Shown: one piece after another, positions 12,928 to 26,635 of the stretch
Position numbering within the stretch: position 1 is the stretch's first letter
How the letters are laid out: each line of letters starts with the position of its first letter
Assembly (NCBI RefSeq): GCF_044704955.1
Contig: NC_091979.1
Coordinates: 319,300,001-319,364,000, forward strand
Origin: Pristiophorus japonicus
Lineage: Eukaryota
Reading direction: 5' to 3'
Length of the DNA: 64,000 nt
Notes under the pieces: model-generated
The model's database searches: none
What the model was told of the DNA's origin: nothing
What the model saw: the letters and a program-made list of their open reading frames with translations, nothing else
Made by a program: the position numbers and the translations under genes

Positions 12928-14691
12928 GAAACATAGAAACATAGAAAATAGGTGTAGGAATAGGCCATTCGGCCCTTCGAGCCTGCACCGCCATTCAATG
13001 AGTCTCTGTTTTTACCACCAAAGTGGATAACCTCACATTTATCCACATTATACTTCATCTGCCATGCATTTGCCCACTCACCTAACCTATCCAAGTCACT
13101 CTGCAGCCTCATAGCATCCTCCTCGCAGCTCACACTGCCACCCGACTTAGTGTCATCCACAAATTTGGAGATAGTACATTTAATCCTCTCATCTAAATCA
13201 TTAATGTGCAATGTAAACAGCTGGTTCCCCAGCACAGAACCTTGCGGTACCCCACTAGTCACTGCCTGCCATTCTGAAAAGTACCCATTTACTCCTACTC
13301 TTTGCTTCCTGTCTGTCAACCAGTTCTCAATCCACGTCAGCACACTACCCCCAATCCCATGTGCTTTAACTTTGCACACTAATCTCTTAAGTGGGACCTT
13401 GTCGAAGACCTTCTGAAAGTCCAAATATACCACATCAACTGGTTCTCCCTTGTCCACTCTACTGGAAACATCCTCAAAAAATTCCAGAAGATTTGTCAAG
13501 CATGATTTCCCTTTCACAAATCCATGCTGACTTGGACTTATCATATCACCTCTTTCCAAATGCGCTGCTATGATGTCCTTAATAATTGATTCCATCATTT
13601 TACCCACTACCAATGTCAGGCTGACCGGTCTATAATTCCCTGTTTTCTCTCTCCCTCCTTTTTTAAAAAGTGGGGTTACATTGGCTACCCTCCACTCCAT
13701 TGGTAACTGATCCAGAGTCCATGGAATGTTGGAAATGACTGTCAATGCATCCGCTATTTCCAAGGCACCTCCTTAAGTACTCTGGGATGCAGTCCATCAG
13801 GTCCTGGGGATTTATCGGCCTTCAATCCCATTAATTTCCCCAACACAATTTCCTGACTAGTAAGGATTTCCCTCAGTTCCTCCTTCTTACTGGACCCTCT
13901 TATCCCTTTTATATCCGGAAATTTGTTTGTGTCCTCCTTAGTGAATACTGAACCAAAGTACTTGTTCAATTGGTCTGCCATTTCTTTGTTCCCCGTTATG
14001 ACTTCCCCTGATTCTGACTGCAGGGGACCTACATTTGTCTTTACTAACCTTTTTCTCTTTACATATCTATAGAAGCTTTTGCAGTCGGTCTTAATGTTCC
14101 CTGCAAGCTTCCTCTCATACTCTATTTTCCCTGCCCTAATCAAACCCTTTGTCCTCCTCTGCTGAGTTCTAAATTTCTCCCAGTCCCCGGGTTCGCTACT
14201 ATTTCTGGCCAATTTGTATGCCACTTCCTTGGCTTTAATACTATCCCTGATTTCCTTTGTTAGCCACGGTTAAGCCACCTTCCCTTTTTTATTTTTACGC
14301 CAGACAGGGATGTACAATTGTTGTAGTTCATCCATGCAGTCTCTAAATGTCTGCCATTGCCCATCCACAGTCAACCCTTTAAGTATCATTCGCCAATCTA
14401 CCGTAGCCAATTCACACCTCATACTTTCAAAGTTACCCTTCTTTAAGTTCTGGACCATGGTCTCTGAATTAACTGTTTCATTCTCCATCCTAATGCAGAA
14501 TTCCACCATATTATGGTCACTCTTCCCCAAGGGGCCTCGCACAACGAGATTGCTAATTAATCCTCTCTCATTACACAACACCCAGTCTAAGATGGCCTCC
14601 CCCCTAGTTGGTTCCTCGACATATTGGTATAGAAAACCATCCCTTATGCACTCCAGGAAATCCTCCTCCACCGTATTGCTTCCAGTTTGGT
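12927..14691 (-). mobile_element. CR1 LINE ORF2 fragment with internal deletion
   Basis: GNYRPVSLT, QHGFVKGKSCLTNLLEF, LGKSDHNMVEF motifs; catagaaa tail. Confidence 0.95.
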
Positions 14692-14899
14692 TGATGATGA
14701 TGATGATTACACTATGTTACGAGATGTATTGACATTTTAAGATAAAAACAGTGACATTGACTCCGATATTAATCCAGAGACAGGATCAGAGTAGGGTGGG
14801 GGAGGGGCGATAGCAGATGACAGAACCCAACATTGTGGGACCCGTGGAAAAATCCATTTTCAATGGGGATTCCTCATTTTCAATTTTTTCCGGGTTTCG

Positions 14900-15780
14900 T
14901 GTCCCCAAAGTATGAGAGAAGGCATGACACAGACCTGCATGATGCAATTTTACCTCGAGCACTGAAAGGGCCAGTTCACAGAGGCAATGGAGGAGGAGGT
15001 TTGCAGTTAGCTACATTGGGTTGGAAGGGGTTCAGGCAGAATTATGGAAGGAAGGAGGACAAAGGCTGCTCCCAGGTTTAATGAGGCGTCCCTGGATATT
15101 ATTGGAGTCCTCATCTGATGGGGAGTGCTGAGCGGCTTGTTCCTCTGCACTTCTAGTCCTCGCTGCTGTGCTGTGTTGTGCAGAATGCAGCACACCACGA
15201 TTTTCCTGGAGACCCTCATTGGTGAGTACTGAAGGGTGTCTCCAGACCTGTCTAGCCTCCTGAAACGCAACTTGAGCATGTCAATGGCTTGCTCAATGAC
15301 ACATCTGGTTGACGTCTGGCTCCTGATGTAACTCTCCTCAGAGGTATCATTAGCCAGGTTTGAAGAGGATATCTTTGTCGCCTCGCCCTTAAGGCTGGTT
15401 CCAGGTCTGAACATGTTGGGGATTCTGGACTGCCACAGCATGATCGCAGCTCCCAGGGAATCTGGCGCAGACCTGCATGAACCTTTATTTTTTAATTACA
15501 CACTAGCTGAGCATTGATGGAATGGAATCCCTTGGGATTGACAAATACTCCTGGTTGATCTGTGGGGTGCTCGGACTGCCCCGTGTGTGCAGTCGATGCC
15601 AGCCTGCCCCTGTGGGAAGCCAGCCAGAGATGTAAATCCGAGTGCCCACTGATTCTGGCTATTGTCATCACAGGGGCAATTTATATACCTCCAGCACGGG
15701 CGAACAATCCATCAGTCACCTGCCTTACGCATTGACTTGCAGCCGACTGCGAGACTCCGTGTGCGTTGGGTTACGGCCGC
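14900..15780 (-). mobile_element. Harbinger (PIF/HARBI1-like) DDE nuclease relic
   Basis: IDCTH, KGFHSINAQLVC and TRCVIEQAIDMLKLRFRRLDRSG...CCILHN motifs. Confidence 0.85.
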
Positions 15781-15799
15781 ATTTCACATGTTTGACAGT

Positions 15800-16205
15800 T
15801 TAACCCTCCGTGACCCTCTCCCACCTGGTGTGAGGGGTTAATATCAAAGTCATTGTGATAGGGGCCCAGGAGAGGTGTGCGTTTGGGGCCCATAAGAGGC
15901 GAGGACACAGGAGCAGCACGGGCCAGCCCACACTACGATATGTGCGTGCACTAGGTCCATGCAGCAGAGCTGGCCTGCTGTCTTGGTTAATCCTTACAAC
16001 TGGACCAAGACCTAGTTCTGTCAAGCCTGTGCGATGGCTGGTGTGCAACGGCCACCACACATTAAAAAAATCCATGCACTGTCATCTTCCACCCTTCAAC
16101 ATGTTTTTCTGGACCAGTAATATTAGGTCCTTCATTGAAACACCTGTGAACTCATCCCTTTTTGACGTGGAAGCAAGTCATCCTCGATACGAGGGGCTGC
16201 CTAAG
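15800..16205 (+). mobile_element. Short non-autonomous element with an RTE-derived 3' tail (SINE-like)
   Basis: Ends gcaagtcatcctcgatacgaggggctgccta, matching the RTE tail at 12895-12927. Confidence 0.5.
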
Positions 16206-16715
16206 AGAGAGACATTGTTTTCAAACCCACTGAAATGAGGGGAGCTGGAGCTATCCGCTTATAGCAGAGGTATGTATACAACAAGGCAGCTGCCTCAGGG
16301 CAAACTCCTTCCTAAACCTGCCTCCCTGTGTCTGCTGCAATGAAAATAGAACATTTCTTACAGCAGGGGACTGGTGATGGTGGAATTGCTCTCTCTCTCT
16401 CCCTCTCTCTCCACTCTGTCTCCCTGTATTCCCTCCCTCTCTGTGAGAGCTGGGACTGGTGCATGCACTAGGTTCCAGAGGGTGGCAGTGTGGGTTATTA
16501 GTTACTCGCATTGCTCCTGCACAAATAGGCTGTGCGTTATATAAAAGACACAATCTGTAAGTGGTTTTGCCCTTGGTGGTTTCAATCAGCTCCCTTACAA
16601 CATTTCTAGACACCGGAATTATAGTGGTGAACAAGAATACATTTATAGCCAGATCATTCCGTCTCAACCGTCACAATGCTTTTATTCGATTTAAGGCACA
16701 CACTTGCTTCCAGTA

Positions 16716-19700
16716 AGAAACATAGAAACATAGAAAATAGGTGCAGGAGTCGGCCATTCGGCCCTTCGAGCCTGCACCACCATTCAATAAGATCATGGCT
16801 GATCATTCCTTCAGTACCCCGTTCCTGCTTTCTCTCCATACCCCTTGATCCCTTTAGCCACAAGGGCCATATCTAGCTCCCTCTTTGAATATATCCAATG
16901 AACTGGCAACAACAACTCTCTGCGGTAGGGAATTCCACAGGTTCACAACTCTATGAGTGAAGAAGTTCCTCCTCATCTCAGTCCTAAATGGCTTACCCCT
17001 TATCCTTAAATTGTGTCCCCTGGTTCTGGACTTCCCCAACATCGGGCCTGCATCTAACCTGTCCAGTCCCGTCAGAATTTTATACGTTTCTATGAGATCC
17101 CCTCTCATCCTTCTAAACTCCAGTGAATACAGGCCCAGTCGATCCAGTCTCTCCTCATATGTCAGTCCTGCCATCCCGGGAATCAGTCTGGTGAACCTTC
17201 GCTGCACTCCCGCAATAGCAAGAACGTCCTTCCTCAGATTAGGAGACCAAAACTGAACACAATATTCCAGGTGGGGCTTCACCAAGGCCCTGTACAACTG
17301 CAGTAAGACTTCCCTGCTCCTATACTCCTACACCTGAAGTACTGCGTGCAGTTTTGGTCACCTTACTTAAGGAAGGATATATTGGCTTTGGAGGGGGTAC
17401 AGAGATGATTCACTAGGCTGATTCTGGAGATGAGGGGGTTACCTTATAGAAAACATAGAAAACATAGAAAATAGGTGCAGGAGTAGGCCATTCGGCCCTT
17501 CGAGCCTGCACCACCATTCAACAAGATCATGGCTGATCACCCACCCCTGCACCTCCATATTATGATGATAGATTAAGTAGACTGGGTCTTTACTCCTTGG
17601 AGTTCAGAAGGATGAGGGGTGATCTTATAGAAACATTTAAAGTAATGAAAGGGATAGACAAGATAGAGGCAGAGAGGTTGTTTCCACTGGTCGGGGAGAC
17701 TAGAACTAGGGGGCACAGCCTCAAAATACGGGGGAGCCAATTTAAAACTGAGTTGAGAAGGAATTTCTTCTCCCAGAGGGTTGTGAATCTGTGGAATTCT
17801 CTGCCCAAGGAAGCAGTTGAGGCTAGCTCATTGAATGTATTCAAATCACAGAGAGATAGATTTTTAACCAATAAGGGAATTAAGGGTTACGGGGAGCGGG
17901 CGGGTAAGTGGAGCTGAGTCCACGGCCAGATCAGCCATGATCTTGTTGAATGGCGGAGCAGGCTCGAGGGGCTAGATGGCCTACTCCTGTTCCTAATTCT
18001 TATGTTCTTATGTTCTTATGTTCCTCACAGCTCACACCGCCACCCAGTTTAGTGTCATCTGCAAACTTGGAGATATTACATTCAATTCCATCATCTAAAT
18101 CATTAATATATGTTGTAAAATAGCTGGGGTCCCAGCACTGAGCCCTGCGGCACTCCACTAGTCACTGCCTGCCATTCTGAAAAGGACCTGTTAATCCCGA
18201 CTCTCTGCCTCCTGTCTGCCAACCAGTTCTCTATCCACATCAGTACATTACCCCCAATGCCATGTGCTTTGATTTTGCACACCGATCTCTTGTGTGGGAC
18301 CTTGTCAAAAGTCTTTTGAAAGTCCAAATACACCACATCCACTGATTCTCCCCTGTCCACTCTACTGGTTACATCCTCAAAAAATTCCAGAAGATTTGTC
18401 AAGCATGATTTTCCTTTCATAAATCCATGCTGAATTGGACCAATCCAAATGCGCTGCTATTTCATCCTTAATGATTGATTCCAACATTTTCCCCACTACT
18501 GATGTCAGGCTAACCGGTCTATAATTACCCGTTTTCTCTCTCCCTCCTTTTTTAAAAAGTGGTGTTACATTAGCAACCCTCCAGTCCATAGGAACTGATC
18601 CAGCGTCAATAGACTGTTGGAAAATTATCACCAATGCATCCACTATTTCTAGGGCCATTTCATTAAGTACTCTGGGATGCAGACTATCAAGCCCTGGGGA
18701 TTTATCGGCCTTCAATCCCGTCAATTTCCCGAATACAATTTCCCGCCTAATTACAATATCCTTCAGTTCCTCCTTCTCACTAGACCTTTGGTCCCCTAGT
18801 ACATCCGGAATGTTATTTGTGTCTTCCTTTACAAAGACAGAACCAAAGTACTTGTTCAATTGGTCTGCCATTTCTTTGTTCCCCATTATAAATTCACCTG
18901 AATCCGACTGCAAGGGACCTACGTTTGCCTTCACTAATCTTTTTCTCTTAACATATCTATAGAAGCTTTTGCAGTCAGTTTTTATGTTTCCGGCAAGCTT
19001 CCTCTCGTACTCTATTTTCCCCCTCTTAATTAAACCTTTTGTCCTCCTCTGCTGTATTCTAAATTTCTCCCAGTCCTCTGGCTTGCTACTTTTTCTGGCT
19101 AATTTGTATGCCTCTTCATTGGATTTAACACTATCCTTAATTTCCCTTGTTAACCACGGTTGAGCCACCTTCCCTGTTTTATTTTTACTCCAGACAGGGA
19201 TATACAATTGTTAAAGTTCATCCATATGATCTTTGTGTTTTGCCATTGCCTATCCACCGTCAACCCTTTAAATATCATTTGCCAGTCTAATCTAGCCAAT
19301 TCGCGCCTCATGCCATCAAAGTTACCTTTCCTTCTGTTCAGGGCCCGAGTTTCTAAATTAACTTTCTCACTCTCCATCTTAATAAAGAATTCTACCATAT
19401 TATGGTCACTCTTCCCCAAGGAACCTCGCACAACAAGATTGCTAATTAGTCCCTTCTCATTACACATCATCCAGTCTAGGATAGCCAGCTCTCTGGTTGG
19501 TTCCTCGACATATTGGTCTCGAAAACCATCCCCAATACACTCCAGGAAATCCTCCTCCACTGCATTGCTACCAGTTAGGTTAGCCCAATCAATATGTAGA
19601 TTGAAGTCGCCCATGGTAACTGCTGTACCTTTATTGCACACATCCCTTATTTCTTGTTTGATGCTGTCCCCAACCTCACTGCTATTATTTGGTGGCCTGT

Positions 19701-20200
19701 ACACAACTCCCACTTGCGTTTTCTGTCCTTTGGTATTCTGTAGCTCCTCCCATACAGATTCCACATCATCCAAGCTAATGTCCTTCCTACAATTGCATTA
19801 ATTTCCTCTTTAACCAGCAACGCCATCCCACCTCCTTTTCCTTTCTGTCTATCCTTCCTAAATACTGAATACCCTTGGATGTTGAGTTCCCAGCCTTGAT
19901 CACCCTGGAGCCGTGTCTCCATGATGCCAATCACATCGTATACGTTAACAGCTATCTGTGCAGTTAATTCGTCCACCTTATTCCGAATACTCCTCGCATT
20001 GTGGCACAGAGCCTTCAGGCTTGTCTTTTTAACATACTTTGACCCTTTAGAATTCTGTTGTAAAGTGGCCCTTTTTGTTTTTTGCCTTGGGTTTCTCTGC
20101 CCTCCACTTTTACTATTCTCCTTTCTATCTTTTGCTTCTGTCTCCATTTTATTCCCCTCTGTCTCCCTGAATAGATTCCCATCCCCCTGCCATATTAATT
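16716..20200 (-). mobile_element. CR1 LINE ORF2 (EN-RT), interrupted by an opposite-strand CR1
   Basis: Minus ORFs 16854..17297, 18103..18420, 18377..19207, 19150..19773, 19647..20264 with EN (MGDFN, SDH) and RT motifs. Confidence 0.93.
17328..18021 (+). mobile_element. CR1 3' fragment, itself containing a minus-strand CR1 tail (~17447-17560)
   Basis: ORF 17597..17917 EFRRMRGDLIETFK; ttcttatg tail. Confidence 0.9.
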
Positions 20201-21164
20201 TACACACTCTGGTGGCATGAAACAAACAGAATAAAATACAGTACAACACACAACACTGGCCCATCTGAACAGGCCCCCATCACAAAGTACCCATGACTAA
20301 AACACTCCTGTTTGGCTCAATAGGGCACCACTGAATCTGTCCAACAGATTGTACATACGCCTATGATCCATGCAGAAACCTCTCCATTAAATCCCTAAGG
20401 CTTGGTTGGGACACACAACACCCCTTCATACCATGCTGTGGTCTTAAGACATGTGTGGGCTGGGATAATGCTCACCAGTTACCCCTCTGGCTTACTCACT
20501 GCTTCTCCCGATGAGGGAGGCTCTCTTTGCTCATAGCTGGTGGTTTCTTCTCTCCGTCCCAGACCGAGTGCTCAGTCCTTGTGTGCGTTGAATGAAACAA
20601 GTAAGCTTGGAGGAGGAGAGCGATGGCTGCAACTGCCGTTTCTCTTATACCTGAAAATACTTCTGAATTCTTCGTGCCAAAATTCAGTCTTTTGCCTGAG
20701 GCAGTCCAACTGAAAGAGCAATGAATCCTGTGTCTTTGTTACTGGGCCATTCTGGGGATAAAGGCTCCAATGAGTCTGGGTGGCCAAATGGCTTCCTTTG
20801 TCCTGAGGTTCCTGTGCTCTGGGGCTCGCCGTCATTTCGATGGCTTGAGCTCTGACCAATTTACTTGGTCTCTCACTGATGACAAAGGGTCCCATCAGCC
20901 ATCTTCCTGCAATTTTAGCCATTGACCCATCCCCACCCACCTGATGTGTATTCCTGTGGAACATGTATGGACCTATCCCAAGTCCGCTGTCTGCTCTTCT
21001 GCAGTAACAGAAAATATGGAAAAGCAAAAGTCCAAAATTAAAGTACAAAATGTTTTGAAGTCTGTCGATGTTTCCGCCGATTCTTACAATCAGCAATCTC
21101 CAAGTGTGTTGCTAATGGTTACTCGAAGGATATGCTGCTTTAATGCAACCAGAATTAGTCAAAT

Positions 21165-22563
21165 TTAGAAAACCATTGGAGTGCTTAAGCAGCGCTTTAG
21201 ATGCCTGGACCAGTCAGGAGGCGAGCTCCAAAACCACCCTGAGAAGGTGGCTCAATTCGTGGTGGTGTGCTCCATGCTGCACAACTTGGCTATCAGGAGG
21301 GGACAAGAATTGCCTGAAGTGTCTGACAGTCCACCTCACCACAGAGAGGAAGAGGAGGACAAGGAGGCAGATGCTGAAATTATGCCAGACAATCAGGCTG
21401 GCGCTGAAGCCATGCCCCTGCCCCCCTGTAAACCGCATGAAAGGGCCCGTGGTGGCATGATAGCTGCAAGAGCCTTAGGTTAGGAGCTCATCAATGAGCG
21501 CTTTGCCTGGAAGAATGTTGGTGTTATTTACAAGGCTGACACACTGCTGGGTGTGCAGATCATACATCAATGGTGGGCATCATGTTGGTGACAGTTAAAA
21601 TTTACATTGATTGAAATTAAGTGTAATTATACCCTTTGATGTTAAGGAATCACCAGCATGTAACGGTGCAGCTACCTGAGCCTATGCGCAACTAGGTTTT
21701 GTTGAATAAAAATCATTTAAACCACACAGTTGTCTGAAATCATCAGTATTTCTGTAAAAAACAATCCTTCCCCTTGCCGTCCTCGCCCCCCCACCCCGCT
21801 TTTCCTCCCCACCTCTATCCCTTCCCCTTCCCCTCTTGACTCCAAGCCGCCTGGCCGAGGAGCTCCTCAGGTGATGCTTCATTGTGGAGGGTTGGGGGGG
21901 ATGACGGCTGAACTGCTGAGTGGACGGATACGGGAGAGGACGATCCCAAGGTGGAAATGTGCTCCGAGCCAGAAGCAAGATGTTGATCGTGGCTCTCATG
22001 TGTCGTGGCAATGGTGGCGTGGCACCTTGGGATGCAATGCTGTGCTCCGGGACCACTGGGAGCTCTCTGCCATCAGTGTTTCTGGCTACTAGCTCCAGGG
22101 CCTCCACCATCCCTTTCATGTTACATCTTATTTGTTGGATAAAAACTCGGTGCCAACAAAGTTCTTGGTGCTTAGTCGGCTCCTTGCTGCTGGTGAATCT
22201 CCCTCATGCCTCCCACAACAGCCAAACAAGCACACACCACAGCCACACACCAGTCCCTCTCAGCTCACCCTCTCTCTGTGTCCTCTTCTGTGCATGTCAT
22301 GGTGACCCTTGACCTACTGAATCACGGGAATCGAGCGCTAACATGCCATTGCTAAGGATGATGACACTTTACAACAGAAGTTCAGAGAGATTTAACGCTA
22401 CCGTGCATTTCATATCGCTCGCGGTAACGCCTAATTTAAAAAATGCTGACTGGTGCTTTGAGAATGGGCGAGAAGCCGACGATCTGACAACCCTTTCTTA
22501 CCGCCCACACCGGAAATAACGCCCATTTTTGGGCAATATGCACAAAAGTGTAAAATCTAACCC
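21165..22563. mobile_element. Harbinger DNA transposon half: nuclease 3' end (+), convergent second gene (-), terminus at ~22563
   Basis: EKTIGVLKQRFRCLDQSGG...CSMLHN; terminus reads gggttagatttt on the minus strand. Confidence 0.75.
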
Positions 22564-22564
22564 A

Positions 22565-22751
22565 TAGTGTTTAATCAGACTTTAAGATGGAATATAACAC
22601 ATTAGTTATATTGCAAAAACATACAATCGTAACAGGTAGTTGATAGATATTCCGTCTTTAGTTCAAAACAATGATTTAAACACAGCATTCGTATCAGTTT
22701 TATACATTCATAACAGTTTTATACATTTTTCGGTATCCCTGATTTCTAACA
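22565..22751 (-). repeat. Internally deleted 3' LTR remnant of the ERV
   Basis: Starts TGTTAGAAATC after the PPT; fuses the LTR start directly to sequence matching 29626-29700; cut by Harbinger. Confidence 0.75.
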
Positions 22752-25700
22752 TATTCCCCTCCTTGAGAGAAAGTTATTTTGATCTCTCATTTCCGTACCT
22801 CTACTAACCATGCCAACTCTAGATTTTGCTAAGGGTGATTCAAAAATGAAGATTTTCCCCTTTCTTACAATCCGTTCCTTTAAACGGGAGAAGCAACCTC
22901 TGACCCCTTTCTCAAATTCAATTCACTGTTCCGGTGTTCCAATTGTGCCCTGCCTGGGCTATCCTCTGTTTCTTGTATCTCTCCTGATCTTACCCCACCT
23001 GGGGTTTCCTCTGTGTTGCTTCACATATTCCATTTTGTTGTGTTCAATTAATCAAATATCAAATACACTATCATCACAAGTTAGATAATTACCAATCGTG
23101 TGAAATAATTTGAACCTAAGAATGTACTGATATATTAGGCCCAATATCCCACCATTCTGAATGTCGTACCAATTGCACCACTTAATTGTGCAGCTTATAC
23201 TGAAGTATCTCATTTACTGTCAGTTTCACTTCGGTATCGGTTTTGAAAGAGGTTCTGTTAGACCCATAAAACATGCTACAGGAGGCACCATCAAAACCCT
23301 CATACTGGATTCATACTGCCTTTTCCCACGCTCTGTTACCTACAAAACATAATTATTATAGTTACAATTCAGTCTGACAATCAGTAGCACATCAACTAAG
23401 TATATACATGTCCAGCAAACATTGATGCAGGTAATGAAAACAGACATTGTACAGAAAGCTGAAGTTTAACATCTAATCAACAAGTCATGGACTTAAAAGA
23501 TTCTCCAAATCTCTATTTTTGTCATTAATTAGATTGATTCTCGATGGAGTATGTGTTAATTGTCTCACTTCCCTGAGCCACATTAACCATTTCACATCTT
23601 CTGTTGTCAAGTAACTGAGCATGTCTGAGACCTGTTCTAATGTCTGAAGTAAATGATGACCTCCAGCAGGAGGGTTCGATAACTGATCATTCTTAACTGG
23701 TTCTATAAGATAAAACATGCAATATTTATTCTTTCACGGTTTTCAACTGATTGATATGGTACTATTTAGCCCCCTTGGTCCTCCCCTTTTTCCCCAGGGA
23801 ATTGCAACAGATAGACCGAAGGACTGACCCCATCAATAATCGGGAATGGGGCCATTCCACCTTGGTTCGAAGCAATGTTGTTGCTTCCCATAGTTTAGTA
23901 GCATTACGATATCTCCCACTTGCTGTTCAAAAGGTCGGAACTGCTTATCGAAGTGTTTCTATGCCTGGCTTCTTGACTTCCCTGTCTGTCTGGCTACATT
24001 TCAAGCCATTTTTGGTTGGCAGTTCCCTGTACTAAGGGTGTAACTGAAGGGGTTAACAGATGGGCTGGCATTCGCATTAGTCGCCCAGTCATAGCTTGGT
24101 AGGGTGAAATACCCGTTGTGCTATGCGGGGTGGATCTAATAACTATCTGGCACATTGACAGCATGCTAGACCATTTGGTGGGGTGATCTGCACCAAATTT
24201 GTTTAACATAATTTTCAGAATTCGATTTCCTCTTTCCACCATTCCAGATGATTGTGGACGGTGGGAGATGTGAAGTTTATGCAACATACCCATTGTCCGT
24301 TGCAGCTCGGTAAAACTTTGTGCGGTATCAGCCTGAATTGGCACTCCCTGCCTGCAGCTCACCTCACCCAATAATAGGCGAGCTGCTGTCAATACTGTGT
24401 TTGTTTTACATGGAAAAGACTCCATCCATTTTGTAAACGTATCAACTACAACCAGACAATACCACAACCCAGAAGGTCCTGTAGGCAAGGGCCTATAAAG
24501 TCAATTTGAAGGTGAGACCATTGCCCCTCGGGAGGAGGGGGACTACCCAACAGTGCTCGCTTCATGTGGCACTTGGGTTTTGCTGTAAACAGGGCAGGCA
24601 ACATTCACTCTATGAGTGACGTCAGTTACACAATTATGATGCCATGCAAATTTGCGTAGTCTCTGAACAGTTGCATCGGCTGAATAGTGTCCTCCCACCG
24701 GGTGTCAGTGGAGGAGATCAAACATTTTGGGTGCCATGGATGGGGGAACACAGACAACTGGGAGATCAGATGATAGCCACCGCAAGCAGGGCCCATACAT
24801 TAACAGGAGGGCAGATTTCCCAGACTGATCTGGAGCCAATTGTGTGTCCACAGCCCATGGAGTGGGCTGAGACAACGGACATCCATCCCGATGCCATGCA
24901 ATAACAACCGCATAGGGAAGATAACTGGCCTAGAGACCGGGAGATCGATATTCCCACCTTGAATACTCGGGACAGACCTTAAGGGAGGGGTAGGAGCTTG
25001 CCAGAGGTCACCGTTAACGGTGGCATCTGTAGCAGCATGATCTGCTTGTGAGTTGCTCCGGGTGTGTAAGTTCAAAGATGGTGAGTGAGACTTCTTCTTA
25101 CCAATATAAACAGGGGCTGATCGTGTTCCGAGCATACAGTGATAAAGGTAACAAAGTGTTAATCGCATAGGCACTATCTGGCCAGGCATTAACAGGTATG
25201 TCATAAGTCATTTGGATTGCTGTCACCAGGGTTGTAACTTCAGCACATTGAGCAGAGTGGGGAATGCATTTATACTTAATTTCTCGGTCAGGCATAACTA
25301 ATTCAAATCCACTAGGGGTTTTCCATTTCTGTGATAGGATGATCCATCAATGTAAACATCCGTGGCATCACCTATTGGAGTAAGAGAGATGGGATGACGG
25401 TCGAACTTCAGTGGTGAAAGTGGACATTCATGGCTTCTGCCCTCATAAAATACGAGCTGAGGTAGAGTTGTCTGCTTTGGCGTTAATTCCAAATCTCTCT
25501 GAGTTAATAGAAGTGTCCAATGACTGAGTTGAGCAGAGGAGACCAGCGTGCCCCCCGGTTTAAGTAGAAGATTCAAGGGAGTGTGGGGGCTATGAATGAT
25601 CGGTTTATTTAAACTGATAATAAACAAGAATTGTTTGACTGCCCAAAAAGTGGCCAGCAGATGTCACTCACACACAGTAAAATTCTTCTCCACGCCAGTC

Positions 25701-26180
25701 AAAATACGAGAGGCCTACACAATTGGCATAAGTTTACTCTGTACCTCTTGACACAAAATGGCACCAAGACTCTGATCGGTGGATCCCATCTCCAGGTGGA
25801 AAGGCTGAACTCGGTCAGGCTAATCAGGCATGTGACTTGCATATCGGCAATTTTAAGGAGGGACACCGCTGTTGTATGTTCGATGATCCAGTCACAGGCC
25901 ACAGTGTCCTCTTCACCCTTTAATAGTTCATATAAGGGTTTGGCCAGCTCTGCAAATCTGGGAATGAACGAGCGCTGATATCCCACCAGACCCAGAAAGG
26001 AGAGAAGTGCTGTTTTGGATACGGGCAATGGTACCTAAAGCATAGCAATCTTATCCTGGTCGGGACTGAGTCCCTTTGGCCCCACAATAACCCCGAAAAA
26101 TATCACTTCAGGCAGCAACAATTGTGCCTTTTTGGGATTAATGTTCAACCCAGCTTTCGGAAGAATGTCTAATAACTCTT

Positions 26181-26635
26181 CCATGAAGAAAGACTGGATC
26201 GACTAGGCTTATATTCACTGGAATTTAGAAGAATGAGAGGAGATCTCATAGAAGCATATAAAAGTCTGACGGGATTGGACAGGTTAGATACAGGAAGAAT
26301 GTTCCCGATGTTGGGGAAGTCCAGAACCAGGGGTCACAGTCTAAGGATAAGGGGTAAGCCATCTAATACCGAGATGAGGAGAAACTTTTTCACCCAGAGA
26401 ATTGTGAACCTGTGGAATTCTCTACCACAGAAAGTTGTTGAGTCCAGTTCGTTGAATATATTCAAAAGGGAGTTAGATGTGTCCCTTACGACTAAAGGGA
26501 TCAGGGGGTATGGAGAGAAGGCAGGAGTGGGGTACTGAAGTTACATGATCAGCCATGATCTTATTGAACGGCGGTGCAGGCTCGAAGGGCCGAATGGCCT
26601 GCTCCTGCACCTATTTTCGATGTTTCTATGTTTCA
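26181..26635 (+). mobile_element. CR1 3' fragment inserted in the ERV RT
   Basis: ORF 26233..26538 MRGDLIEAYK; tttctatg tail. Confidence 0.93.
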
